From the NCBI RefSeq assembly GCF_006345805.1, contig NW_021835699.1:1-39057 (forward strand): DNA of 39,057 bases, read 5' to 3'. Made by a program: the position numbers and the translations under genes. The DNA comes from Octopus sinensis (lineage: Eukaryota). Positions 10,755 through 22,784 of this stretch are shown piece after piece (position 1 is the stretch's first letter; the number at the start of each line of letters is the position of its first letter). The notes beneath the pieces were generated by a model that made no database searches, was not told where the DNA came from, and saw nothing but the letters and a program-made list of their open reading frames with translations.

Positions 10755-11275
10755 GAACGAGAGAGAATATATTGCCTTCAGTGAATGTGTATGGAAATCT
10801 TTCCTCTACTTCCCACTCTAAGTTTTCTCCCATCATCTTAAGTGTATAAGATTTAAAAGAGAGCAGCGTATCATTCTAGTTATAAAGTGCATCGTTCTTT
10901 ACTCAAATTAATTCGAGGTAAAATATCGGTTTCTCTTGTTAGACAACATTTTTGATAGGTTTTCTTTAAAATCTGTGACCAACAGCATTATTGATAAAGC
11001 TAGTAAAATCGGATAGACGTAATTGCTGGCGTGCTTTTCTTACATTGATAGCGTGTTGCGAATGATATCGGTCGAAATGCGATTGAAAAACTATTTGAAG
11101 AGAGGCAAATCAACAAGCAGAGATTCCTTGGCGTTACTCAACAATACTTATAACATCAAATAAGCATAAGATTCCCTCACCCAAATTATTTCCTTCAACC
11201 CGTTGTGTGTTGGAATAATTACATCAAATCAAATAACGACGGTGCCGACATGAAAAATATTTCTTATGCAATAGG
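10755..11275 (+). mobile_element. Decayed Penelope-like element relic (linker + GIY-YIG)
   Basis: KSVTNSIIDKAS (10969-11004), YID (11041-11049), NNTYNIK* (11140-11163), RCRHEKYFL (11240-11266). Confidence 0.6.
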
Positions 11276-11323
11276 GAAACCCTGTTCAGTTACACAGGAT
11301 TTTTTCCAATCATTTATTCAGCT

Positions 11324-11372
11324 GCTTGTGGAATGAAGATTACAAGCTAATGTTGGCGAAATAATATCAAGC
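11324..11372 (+). ncRNA. Hammerhead ribozyme relic
   Basis: GCTTG..ATGAAGA(11333-11339)..CGAAA(11357-11361)..CAAGC, about 60 nt after the PLE CRH..FL motif. Confidence 0.35.
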
Positions 11373-11689
11373 GTTTCTTTGTGATTTTACTTGCTGGCGA
11401 GAAGCTGAGAAATGACCAGAATAGTTAAAGTGAACCAATATAGTTCCAAATGTATCTTTATTTACTTTCCTTTCAATAAATCATTCAATGGTGCGTCAGG
11501 ATCTAAATAATAATACATTAGCTCCTAGCTGAACCGTTCTTTTTATCATCGTTGCTCGTATTGTTGTTATTCCTGCTGTAGATGTTATTTGTGTCGTTGT
11601 TGTTGGTTTCTATTCCGTCAGTTCTTGCTAGCTGGTTTTATACAATAGAACCATTTCAGTATTCGGTTACAGAACACGAGATTCTCAGG

Positions 11690-13000
11690 TGTCCATGATG
11701 ATAAGATTATAGAGATGAACTATGCAAATATAACAGTTCTTATACGATTTACGGTCGCTGCATGATAACGAAACCCTTAATATTAAATACCGCTGTGTAC
11801 CAATCTATTTACTTATCTACCTGTAAACAAATACCATTTATAATCACGAGAGAACTGTAAACATCAACACTGGATATTTATCGCAACGTGTGTTAATGTT
11901 CCTCTATTGAATTAAGAAGCATAAAACATAACTTCGAAAGTGCTTAATACCTTTTAGTGTTGTTAGACTAGGAGGAGTTGCCCGCACCCACGACATCCTT
12001 AGATGTGTCAGAGACTGAATGAAAGAAAGAAAGAAAGATATGCTCAGACTAGAGACCTGGTTCAATATTGCAACAGAGAAGCTTGTACTGAAGGCACTCA
12101 AGGATCAGTAGGTCGTGCTATAGCGAGGGACGAATTAAACGTACCGGCCAAAAACAGTTGTTCCTCGGAAGAATCTTCACAGAGCTCCCATCTAACTTCT
12201 CAAATTTCTTTCTCTACCCTCTCTCTCCATTTATATATACATACACATACATAAAAAAAGCAAACGAAAAAGTAGGAAATTATTTTTAAACCTCACAACG
12301 TGGGATGTTCAGCAACAGTACTTTGTAGTAAAAATTATTTGCCAATATAACATGTCAGTTTTGTTTTGAGCTGAGTTGGAGTGCTAGACTCCCTTGTTTC
12401 AAAATATAAGGACACAGATCGTGTCGTATAGCCAGCTGGAGACGATGTCTCCTGGGGCTAAATTACAGCAACATTAGTGCTAAACCAGGACTGCCGTGTT
12501 ATGTTAGCAAACAATCTTTACTAAAAACGATGCTAGTCTATCGAGGTAACCGTAAGTAATATCACAGTTAAATGAAGATATGCAACGAAAATACTTCCCG
12601 AGAGGACCGTTAGCGTATTATTTTCATTCTCACTTTGGTACAATATCCCAATTTAATAGGGAAGCGTATAGCGGGGTATATCGATCCATGCATTTGCATA
12701 GGAGTGAAAATATGGTAGAAAATATAGTTGAAAGTAGGAGTGGCTGTGTGGTAAGTAGCTTGCTTACGAACCACATGGTTCCGGGTTCAGTCCCACTGCG
12801 TGGCACCTTGGACAAGTGTCTTCTACTATAGCCTTGAAAAAAATGGTTAAGTAACCCTTTTAGCAGTCAAAAGAAGATTATTATATTTTCGTAGATAAAT
12901 GTAAAAGGAAAATGAAAGTTATTCCGTTTCGTTTTTCATGTTTCCTAAAATGTGAATTCAATTTGAAAAGAAATCAGCGATTACCGTTGTTAATCAGAGA
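11690..13000 (+). mobile_element. Decayed Penelope-like element (RT motif to GIY-YIG end)
   Basis: YRDE (11708-11719; consensus YRDD), ETWFNIA..KALKD (from 12052), VGNYF, KLF..NMSV, LVYR (12533-12544), FNREAY; interrupted by a SINE B head. Confidence 0.6.
12734..12835 (+). mobile_element. SINE type B head fragment
   Basis: GGAGTGGCTGTGTGGTAAG...GGGTTCAGTCCCACTGCG...CTATAGCC. Confidence 0.88.
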
Positions 13001-13055
13001 GATAGGGGATTTTTCAGTTCTATTACTCAATTAGAATATTAAGTAGCAGTGTTCT

Positions 13056-13100
13056 ACGACTGATTATTAAATTTGGAATAACTGTCGAAATTATTTAGTT
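13056..13100 (+). ncRNA. Hammerhead ribozyme relic
   Basis: CTGATTA (13060-13066)...CGAAA (13086-13090) just after the PLE relic; helices poorly preserved. Confidence 0.3.
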
Positions 13101-13169
13101 AACGGGGAAACTAAATTGATAACTATATTTGTATGTAAGTATATATATATATAATATATATATATTATT

Positions 13170-13214
13170 AGACATATGAATGTATATATAAGTATATATA
13201 TATACACCACACAG

Positions 13215-13254
<40 letters not shown>

Positions 13255-13437
13255 TATATATACATATATATGAATGGCGCATATATATCTGTACCTAGGT
13301 GTGGTTTACGAACACAGACACACACACGCACATATACATTCATATATGTACGCATATATATATATGTATATGTATGCATGTATGTACGTATATATATATA
13401 TTATACCTACAAGTATATAAAGATATATGTATATGCG

Positions 13438-13479
<42 letters not shown>

Positions 13480-13678
13480 TTGTATATATATATACATTAT
13501 ATATATATATAATATATATATACAAACACACACATATACATACCTACATACTTACATATATATATATAATGCGTACACTCACACTCATACACACGCATAT
13601 ATATACTTATACATGCATATACACATTTACTTATATATATATTTATATATATATATAGACATATGAATGTATATATAA

Positions 13679-13712
<34 letters not shown>

Positions 13713-13909
13713 GTATATATTTATATATAAATAATATATATATATATAGAAATATATATATTTGAATGGCGTATATATATCTGTGCCTTGGTGTGGGTTT
13801 ACAAACACAGAGACACACACGCACATATACAGGCATATATGCACGCATATATATATATATGTGTATACATATATATTATACCTACAATTATATAGATATA
13901 TGTAAATGC

Positions 13910-13940
<31 letters not shown>

Positions 13941-14030
13941 CATACACACTCACACATATATACATACCTACATACTTACATATATATGTAATGCGTACAA
14001 CCACACACATACACACATACACACACACAT
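13170..14030. repeat. Tandem duplication (~487-bp period) of a TA/CA-rich segment
   Basis: AGACATATGAATG at 13170 and 13657; shared TGAATGGCG, GGTGTGG..TTTAC and ATTATACCTACAA blocks. Confidence 0.85.
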
Positions 14031-14400
14031 CCGGTATGTCTTTAAGCATAAGTTCCTTTTATATAAGTGAGTTATCCGGTGAGCATTTACCACCATTTCA
14101 ATAATGATTCTTTGTTGAATCTTCTTTTCCCGCCACAAATGATTCCCCCATCCTCCGTCTTGTCGATTTAATTTAGGCTCCAACCTATTTAAGCCGCATA
14201 TATTCCTTAACGAAATTATTGAAATTATAGCTAAACTGTATGAATTCTCATTAAACGATCTCCTATTTCAGTTATTTAGTTATTTCAAGCAGTAATTTCC
14301 GTGTTCCGTCGCCAGCTGTTACTAGCGAGTTATCTTATTGTTCAAAATACAATATGTCTCTATAACAGTCGTTTTTCTCTACTAGTATGTCGTGGACAAC
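14030..14400 (-). mobile_element. Decayed Penelope-like element GIY-YIG relic
   Basis: GNYCLK, EIV*, KEYMRL, NHLWREKK, LKW, YKRNLCLK in order. Confidence 0.55.
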
Positions 14401-14475
14401 ATTTGGTGTAAGGGAAGCTTTTTTGATTAGCTGTGAAAAGTTCTGTAAAATTAACCTACCCTATTAGGTGTATAT

Positions 14476-14753
14476 GTGGAAGAACATGGCCTAGTGGTTA
14501 GAGCAGCGGACTCGCGGTCGAGGGATAGCGGGTTCGAATCTCGGACCGGGTGATGTGTGTTTATGAGCGAAACACCTAAGCTTCACGCGGCTCCGGTAGA
14601 AGGTATTGGCGAACTTATGCTGACTCTTTCGCCACAACTTTCTCTCACTCTTTCCTCCTGCATCTTGCAGCTCACCTGGGGAACCTATACGCCAAGGAAA
14701 CCGGGAAACCGGCCCTGATGAGCCAGGCATGGCTCGAGAAGGAACAAACAAAC
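14476..14753 (+). mobile_element. SINE type D (C-like head/body, E-like tail)
   Basis: A-box TGGCCTAGTGG; B-box GGTTCGAATC; 13-bp TSD ATTAGGTGTATAT (14463-14475 / 14754-14766). Confidence 0.9.
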
Positions 14754-15243
14754 ATTAGGTGTATATATTGCTGCAGATTTAAGAAGTCTACTTCGTAATC
14801 ACGTAGTGTAGAGTTCAGTCCTATATCGGGTTATTGGATGGTGTGTTCTAGAATATTCACTACTTGGGAGTTTATTTGGTAGACGGAAAGAAACCATGCA
14901 AAGTTTTTAAAGTATGTATGTATGTATGTATGTATGTATGTTCTTTACTGTTTTTCATTATTCAACATTTTGCTTTGCAGAAAGAACTAGTTTCTAAGAT
15001 ACAAAGCTTCATCGTTGGAATGTAGATAGAGAGATAACGAAAACCATGTCACATTTTAAATTCGAGAAAAATCTTGCATCTGTTCCGCGTAAAGATTGTA
15101 TTTGTAATGTACGAATTAGTTGACTGATTTCGTTTTCTGAAAACCCAAGCTTATCCAGTCTGACAGTTAGGCATTGACTTACAAAAACCAAGTGCTTCAA
15201 TTCTTAGGGATATAAATGTAAGTTTGAAACCTGGATGGACATA

Positions 15244-15472
15244 TGTTTCTTTATTACCCACAAGGGGCTAAAAATAGAGGGGACAAACAAAGACAGACAA
15301 ACGAATTAAGTTGATTACATCGACCCCAGTGCGTAACTGGTACTTTATTTATCGACCCCGAAAGGATAAAAGGCAAAGTCGACCTCGGCGGAATTTGAAC
15401 TCAGAACGTAACGGCAGACGAAATACCGCTAAGCATTTCGCCCGGTGCGCTAACGTTTCTACCAGCTCGCCG
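15244..15472 (-). mobile_element. SINE type A monomer
   Basis: 11-bp TSD GGATGGACATA (15233-15243 / 15473-15483). Confidence 0.92.
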
Positions 15473-15499
15473 GGATGGACATAGCCAATCTTTGGCTAC

Positions 15500-15580
15500 T
15501 GTGGTAGACACTCAGCCAAGGTGACACACAGCGAGACTGAACCCAGAACCATGTGGTTAGGAAGTATGCTTCTTACTACA
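15500..15580 (-). mobile_element. SINE type B head fragment (diverged)
   Basis: CCAAGGTGACACACAGCGAGACTGAACCCAGAACCATGTGGTT. Confidence 0.7.
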
Positions 15581-15589
15581 TGCAAAAAT

Positions 15590-17095
15590 AAAAGCTGTGC
15601 TTCGCAACCTCAGTATTTGCACTTGTAGTTCATTTCGTGTTTCGGTAATGCTATACTCAACAGGAATAAAAGACGGCGAGCTGGCAGAAACGTTATCACG
15701 ACGGGCGAAATGCGTAGCGGTATTTCGTCTGCCGTTATGTTCTGAGTTCAAATTCCGCCAAGGTCGACTTTGCCTTTCATCCTTTCGGGGTCGATAAATT
15801 AAGTACCAGTTACGCACTGGGGGTCGATGTAATCGACTTAATCCCTTTGTCTGTCCTTGTTTGTTCCCTCTGTGTTTAGCCCCCTGTGGGTAGTAAAGAA
15901 ATAGGTATTTCGTCTGCCATTACGTTCTGAGTTCAAATTCTGCCGAGGTCGACTTTGCCTTTCATCCTTTCGGGGTCGATAAATAAAGTACCAGTTTCGC
16001 ATTGGAGTCGATATAATCGACTTAATCCGCTTGTCTGTCCTTGTTTGTCCCCTCTTGTGGGTAGTAAAGAAATAGATATTTCGTCTGTTGTTACGTTCTG
16101 AGTTCAAATTCCGCCAAGGTCGACTTTGCCTTTCATCCTTTCGGGGTCGATAAATTAAGTACCAGTTACGCATTGGGGTCGATGTAATTGACTTAATCCC
16201 TTTGTCTGTCCTTGTTTGTCCCCTCTATGTTTAGTTCCTTGTGGGCAGGAGAGAAATATATACTCAACAGGAATATCTCGGTCCACTGATCGTATCAAAT
16301 ATCGCAACTGGCACACTAGAGGCGTGTGCAGTCAGTCGTCTCCCACTGCTCGAGAGAAAATTCGGGCTCATAATTCACAAAATTATAAATGCACATTCAG
16401 ACGCAGTTTATTACATGTTTACAAATTCCCTTGACATATTTGCTCAAAATCGTGCATATATACACGCACTCACATAAACAGAAACAGACACAAACACACA
16501 CACACATACATACAGCCGTCCATAGGAATATATGTTCTCAAATATCTCATTTTATATAACTTTATATCCTCGCATTTATCACTACTCGCCAGCGAATATG
16601 TAAATATATAACAATACTTATTAAGTAGAAGGCTGATAGCACAAGGGAACAAATTTCACGGTGGAATTAATAATAATATAAAAAAGGAAACAATGCTTCC
16701 ATGAGCGAGACGTTCTCTCGCCTTCACGAATGAATCTTTGGCAATCAAGCGAATGCAGTTCTTAATCGATAAAGTTTAAGATACATGTGTGCGTAGGTGT
16801 GTCTGTGTGTGTGCGTATGCGTATGTGTGTATGCATGTGTGTATGTAGCAGAAGTTACAGTGTCCCAAATATGTGAACAGAGATCGATTGTGGAACGCAT
16901 TTTAGAAAGCAAGTGAGAATTGCTAGAATATCTACTGGCCTTGTTTGGGAAGTTCAACCTTTCGATGTACTTTTAGCAACGTTATAGATGTTAGATCACC
17001 ATTAGAAATAATCACAAATAATAAAGACCGATATTTGTTAGAACGTCTGAGCATTTTACCGATGTACAGGGACGACAAAATGAAACGATCTCTGC
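15590..17095 (+). mobile_element. Decayed Penelope-like element interrupted by a SINE A trimer and microsatellites
   Basis: LRNLS..LYS, KIINAH (about 16379-16396), K*ELL, PCLGSSTFRC, LEIITNNKDRYLL..MYRDDK, versus ISNLS..IINAHN..KWEII..PY..SKRC..LLNKR..CRH. Confidence 0.55.
15672..16258 (+). mobile_element. SINE type A trimer
   Basis: Units at 15719, 15904 and 16075; 17-bp TSD TATACTCAACAGGAATA (15652-15668 / 16259-16275). Confidence 0.93.
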
Positions 17096-17109
17096 ATGTA
17101 TGTCTGTAT

Positions 17110-17161
<52 letters not shown>

Positions 17162-17174
17162 GTGCGTATATATT

Positions 17175-17358
17175 CTTTTAATTGCTTCAGTCATTTCACT
17201 GCGGCCAAGCTAGAGCACCACCTTTACTCGAACAATTCGATGTAAGCCTAGTGCTTATTCTGCCGGTCTCTTTTGCCGAAGCGGTAGGTTAGGAGGATGT
17301 AAACAGACTAGCATCAGTTTTCATGCGATGATGGGGGCAAACACAGACAGACAGACAG

Positions 17359-17395
<37 letters not shown>

Positions 17396-17585
17396 ACACA
17401 CACACACAAACACACATATATAAATAGATAGATAGATTTATACGACGGGCTTCTTTCACTTTCCGTTCACCAAATCCACCCAAACGTCTTTGGTCGGCTC
17501 GCGGCTATAGTATCACGCAGTGAGACTGAACACAGTACCATGTGTTTGGCAAGCAAGCTACTTGCCACACAGCCACTCCTGCGCC
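17175..17585 (-). mobile_element. SINE type B (diverged, internal deletions)
   Basis: Tail TTCAGTCATTT..., central CA tract, head CCACACAGCCACTCCTGCGCC. Confidence 0.85.
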
Positions 17586-17672
17586 TATATATATATATAC
17601 ATATGTATATGTGTATGTATGTATAACAAGAACTTTTCGATGGAAACTGATAAGATTGTATAATATTGATAT

Positions 17673-17745
<73 letters not shown>

Positions 17746-17766
17746 TATATATATAATATAAAATAT

Positions 17767-17850
<84 letters not shown>

Positions 17851-17930
17851 AAAGAGTGGTCTCTTGTTGATTCACCAGAAGCAATAGCTTACAGTACTCA
17901 ATACAAATACAAAGTGCTCCTTAGCACATC

Positions 17931-17979
17931 ATGACAAAGGTTTCGGTCTCCAGTTGCTCGTTTCCGATCATCAGTTCAT
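17931..17979 (-). ncRNA. PLE-type hammerhead ribozyme relic with intact core boxes
   Basis: Minus strand ATGAA-CTGATGA-TCGG..CC-GAAA-CCTTT-GTCAT; helices imperfect. Confidence 0.5.
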
Positions 17980-19097
17980 ACACAAACCCTGATTTTCTTT
18001 TGTATATTCACTGTCTGATTAGTTTTCGAAACACGAAACGCAATTTCGAAAGAAACTCTCAACCTTATGTTCTTTCGCTTAAAATCTTTTGGGAACGACA
18101 ACGTGCAAAAACAGCTGCTTCAAGCTTTCCGCTTTTAATTTCATTTCTGATTCTAGTGGTTAATGTTATTATAAACGTCGTGAACTCCATACTATCGACG
18201 CCATGAAATTGTGTTGCTTTTCAGCAATGTTCCAAAATAATACTTGTAAGTAATAATTTAATTAATGCTTTTAATTATTGTTTTTAAAAACAATGATCAT
18301 GCGTCTGCGCAGATACATACTTATACACGTATGTACACTCCTAGACACACATATATACACGGAATTACATACTCGTGTATACATATGCACATATGTTTAC
18401 ATACATATACTTACAAATACAGTGTACATTTAAACACATAAGAGGCATCAATCATAGGATTCCTTGCACGCTAGAAATGACAGTTAAATTCCAAACCACT
18501 ATCAGGGTAAAATTTCGAAACACTGTATTTGTATGAATAATATGTAGTCTATTGTCTAAATTTTTACATGCTAGGCCACTGGTAATAGAAATTTTAATTA
18601 TTTCTAATTACCCTTTGCTATTATTAATTACACATATACTTAGATGTAGAAATACAGACGCGCAACCACACACGTCAAAACATATATATCGATAAAACTT
18701 ATTTAAACATTTCGAAAGCCAATAATTATATTTTGGTGATAACAAAGGAGGATTGGCTATTACGTCCCATTTGGCGAATGGTTCAAAAGAGATGTAGTGC
18801 TTGCCGAGTGTTGTGCTATATAGACTATATGAAGATGACATGTGCAGAAGTGTGAAACTTCACATCAGCTGCGTATGAATGCGAGTAGGGTTAGTATTAA
18901 CATTTATAAAATCATTAGCGTACGTGCACTATACTATAATTTCTCAGAATCACTATTAAAATAATAAAATAAAAAAAGTGGTCCAGAAGCTTACATCTCA
19001 ACCATGTGGTTTTTCGGTTCAGTACCAGAGACCAACCAAATCTCTAACCGACCCAATGTTTCTGGGTGAATTTGGTAAACAGAATTAAAACTCATCG

Positions 19098-19132
<35 letters not shown>

Positions 19133-19193
19133 TATTATATTGTGTGTGTATATAATATTATATATATATGTGTGTGTGTGTGTTGGTTGTGTA

Positions 19194-19305
19194 GAGGCGC
19201 AATGGCCCAGTGGTTAGGGCAGTGGACTCGTGGTTTCGATTCCCAGACCGGGCTTTGTGAGTGTTTATTGAGCGAAAAGACCGAAAGCTCCACGAGGCTC
19301 AGAGC
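19194..19305 (+). mobile_element. SINE type C head fragment
   Basis: GAGGCGCAATGGCCCAGTGGTTAGGGCAG...GGTTTCGATTCCCAGACC. Confidence 0.85.
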
Positions 19306-19604
19306 AGAGTAGCTGTGTTTGTTATATGTTCTAGTTCAAAATAACTACCACTTTATGTAACACGCACATATATGCATGCAAGTCTTATGCGTATATGTAT
19401 AGATACACACATCATATACGCTCCCATATATACATTTATATTTATAGCTATACACATATTCATGCACTCACGCGCATATATATTTGCATGTGTGTATTTA
19501 GGTATGAGTGCATGCATGCGAGTTTTTATGTATGTATGTATGTTTATATGCATGCATGCCTGTATGCGTAAACATAGCCAGATATAGTGCATGAGTGAGA
19601 GCGT

Positions 19605-19661
<57 letters not shown>

Positions 19662-19751
19662 GAAAGAGAGAGTGAGGAAGAGAGTATGAGAAAGGGAAAC
19701 AAACGTAAAAAAGATCATGAAACGTGCTGAAAAAAGAACATTTGTATTTCC

Positions 19752-19802
<51 letters not shown>

Positions 19803-20484
19803 CAACAACAGCAACAACAACAAGAATAATAATAACAACATCGAAACAACCACATAAAAAAATAATAATTCTGCATTTACAACTTAAAACGTGTTTTATG
19901 AAAGGATTACAAAACATGTGAGGTTCAAGATATATGAATATGTGAACATACATATATACGTGCTCAAATACGTACATGGATACACTCATAAGCATTCAAG
20001 TATGTATGTAGCTTTGTACCGAAAATCACAGGACTGTACACCGCGTATCTGCTTAATCGGAATTTCGAAAGCTTAAAATAGAAAAATGTACATCACCAAA
20101 GGAAAGATCCAAATTCCAAAAATTGGAAATATTTTCAGGGAAAATGATGATAAAAACTTTCCTCAAAACATTTATTTACAGTTTTTGAGGTGAGTTTATT
20201 GAGGACACATATCAATATGTACAATATATAACAAAATTAAAGTGCTTTTCAAGGATAGCATGTGAAAGATGTAATTGAAAATGAAAAATATTTCGGTAAA
20301 TACTTTTGTTATTGAATACATTCTGTTATTGAATACATAAAACGTAAAAGACTGATGTGTTGTTGATTATTTTCATAATTAACAAAAACATATAGCTAAC
20401 ATATTTCGAGAAAAATATAATCAAGAAACGATAATTGTAAAAAATTATTTATTTAAATATGTATTTATGCACATAATTTGCGTA

Positions 20485-20526
<42 letters not shown>

Positions 20527-20634
20527 CACACACGCAATCACGCACTTACACACAAACACACAAGCACACACACGCGCACTATTTATCAGATTAGACGTGT
20601 GTCCGTGGGGCTGCTAAAGTACATACATAATACC

Positions 20635-21051
20635 TATTTCTTTACTTACCCACAAGGGGCTAAACACAGAGGGGACGAACAAGGACAGACAAACGGATTA
20701 AGTCGATTACATCGACCCCAGTGTGTAACTGGTACTTAATTTTATCGACCCCGAAAGGATGAAAGGTAAGGTCGAACTCGGCGGAATTTGAACTCAGAAC
20801 GTAGCGTCAGACGAAATACCTATTTCTTTACTACCCACAAGGGGCTAAACACAGAGGGGACGAACAAGGACAGACAAACGGATTAAGTCGACTACATCGA
20901 CCCCAGTGTGTAACTGGTACTTAATTTATTGACCCCGAAAGGATGAAAACGAAAGTCGACCTCGGCGGAATTTGAACTCAGAACGTAACGGAAAACGAAA
21001 TACGGCTACGAATTTCACCCGACGTGCTAACGTTTCTGCCAGCTCGCCGCC
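20635..21051 (-). mobile_element. SINE type A dimer inserted in a PLE relic
   Basis: Two units; ~20-bp imperfect TSD TAAAGTACATACATAATACC (20615-20634) / TAAATTACATGCATAATACC (21053-21072). Confidence 0.92.
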
Positions 21052-21689
21052 TTAAATTACATGCATAATACCACAGTGCAAACAATTGCCAGTCATAGGG
21101 CAGTTATCATTTACGCTGCATTTGCACGATTTCTTATTGTAGGTTGATGCCAACGATTGTTAGTTATGTAGCCGGAACCAGGTGTAGCTAAGATGGTAAG
21201 GTTGGTACATTTAGAACGAAGAAAGTCAATGTTATTTCTATTGCAGTCAGAGACAGCTAATTTATTACAGTTATTGATAATGGAATTTATTCCGGATTTA
21301 TGTTTATTTACATTATGAAGATCAGCATTATGATTATCAACAGTAGTTTGCCACATTACCACATTATGTGGATCACTTACTATGTTTTCTTGGGTGGACG
21401 GCAAGGCCTGCTTTGCTCTGTGCCACAATTCCACAATGACAGGTAAAATTTTTCATTTGGAGGAGCAGCGTTTAGATAGCGTGGCTTCATGCTTACACAA
21501 TGTTGGCCCAGATGTTGGAATCGACTTTGTACGGATCTTTGAAGTGAAGACATATATTATATATGTGTGCATTATATATATATTTGTAAGTATGCATATA
21601 TGTATTATATTTGTATGTATGTATATATATATATAAAATATATATATGCATATATATATACATATACATATACATATATATATATAATA

Positions 21690-21746
<57 letters not shown>

Positions 21747-21758
21747 GTATACATATAT

Positions 21759-22073
21759 GTGGCTTAGTGGTTAGGGTATTCGGCTCACGATCGTAAGCTC
21801 GAAAGTTCAATTCTCAGCGACGCGTTGTATCCTTGAGCAAGAGACTTTATTTCATATTGCTCCAGTCCACTCAGCTAGCAAAAATGAGTAGTGCCTGTAT
21901 TTCAAAGCGCCAGCCTCATCACAATTAGTGTCACGAGGAATTTCCCTGGCAATTACGATAAGGGTACGGATGTTTGTGGATTGCTCAGCCACATGCACGC
22001 TAATTTCACGAAAATATTTTTTCCCTTGATCGGATCGACTGAAACCATTGTCGTCGCAACTGACGGAATGTCA
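21759..22073 (+). mobile_element. SINE type F (E-like head/core, different tail)
   Basis: GTGGCTTAGTGGTTAGGGT...GCGACGCGTTGT...CAGTCCACTCAGCT.GCAAAAAT shared with 3932-4190; unrelated 3' half. Confidence 0.75.
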
Positions 22074-22159
22074 TTTATATATGTATATAAATATATGTAT
22101 CTATAATGATTTTGTGTTTGATCCACTACGCACATAACTGTTGGGCTCTATCTTTGTCG

Positions 22160-22462
22160 AGTGACGGCACATGGCCTAGTAGTTAGAGCAGCGAACTCGC
22201 GGTCGAGGGATCGCGGGTTCGAATCTCAGACCGGGCGATGTGTGTGTTTAAGAGCGAAACACCTCAGCTCCATGTGACTCCGGCTGACGGTAATGGAGAA
22301 CTTCTGCTGACTCTTTCGCCACTACTTTCACTCACTCTTTCCTCCTGCATCTAGCAGCTCACCCCCGACAGACCGGCGTCCCGTCCAAGTGGGGAACCTA
22401 TACGCCAATGAAACCGGGAAACCGGCCCTTATGAGCCAGGCATGGCTCGAGAAAGAAGAAAC
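22160..22462 (+). mobile_element. SINE type D, copy 2
   Basis: Matches 14476-14753; 10-bp TSD with one mismatch (22150-22159 / 22463-22472). Confidence 0.88.
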
Positions 22463-22740
22463 ATCTTTGCCGTGGCCTAATGGCTGAAACCAGTAAAAGA
22501 GAATCAAATTTAAGACTATGATATTCTATATGCATGCATACGTAGAAACAGATATACAAATGTATAAATATATAAACCCATGAATCACCATTACTATTAT
22601 TATCATCGTTATTATCTTTCATACTACGTATTCTTAAATCTGAATGATTTATTTTGCTTCGCTGAAATGGAAATACTATTGGTGTGTGTGTGTGTGTGTG
22701 TGTATTTGCGTGAGTGTGAATACATACAAACATACGTATA

Positions 22741-22784
<44 letters not shown>

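Larger units (their letters stand above)
18050..21550 (-). mobile_element. Fragmented decayed Penelope-like element (one or two copies)
   Basis: 21550-21060: NKLAVSDCNRNNIDFLRSKCTNL and SCKCSVNDNCPMTGNCLHCGIM; 18950-18680: HMSS..YSTTLGKHY..KWDVIA; about 18150-18080: RNEI..ARCRSQKDF; the pieces are in correct order and the hammerhead follows. Confidence 0.65.

Noticed and set aside
14715-14742. CTGATGA hammerhead in the SINE D tail
   Set aside because: The hairpin is followed by TCGAGAA rather than GAAA, and the paralogue at ~22428 reads CTTATGA.
21111-21434. 107-aa ORF as a host gene
   Set aside because: Matches the PLE linker; the Cys motif continues in another frame and an upstream in-frame stop is present.
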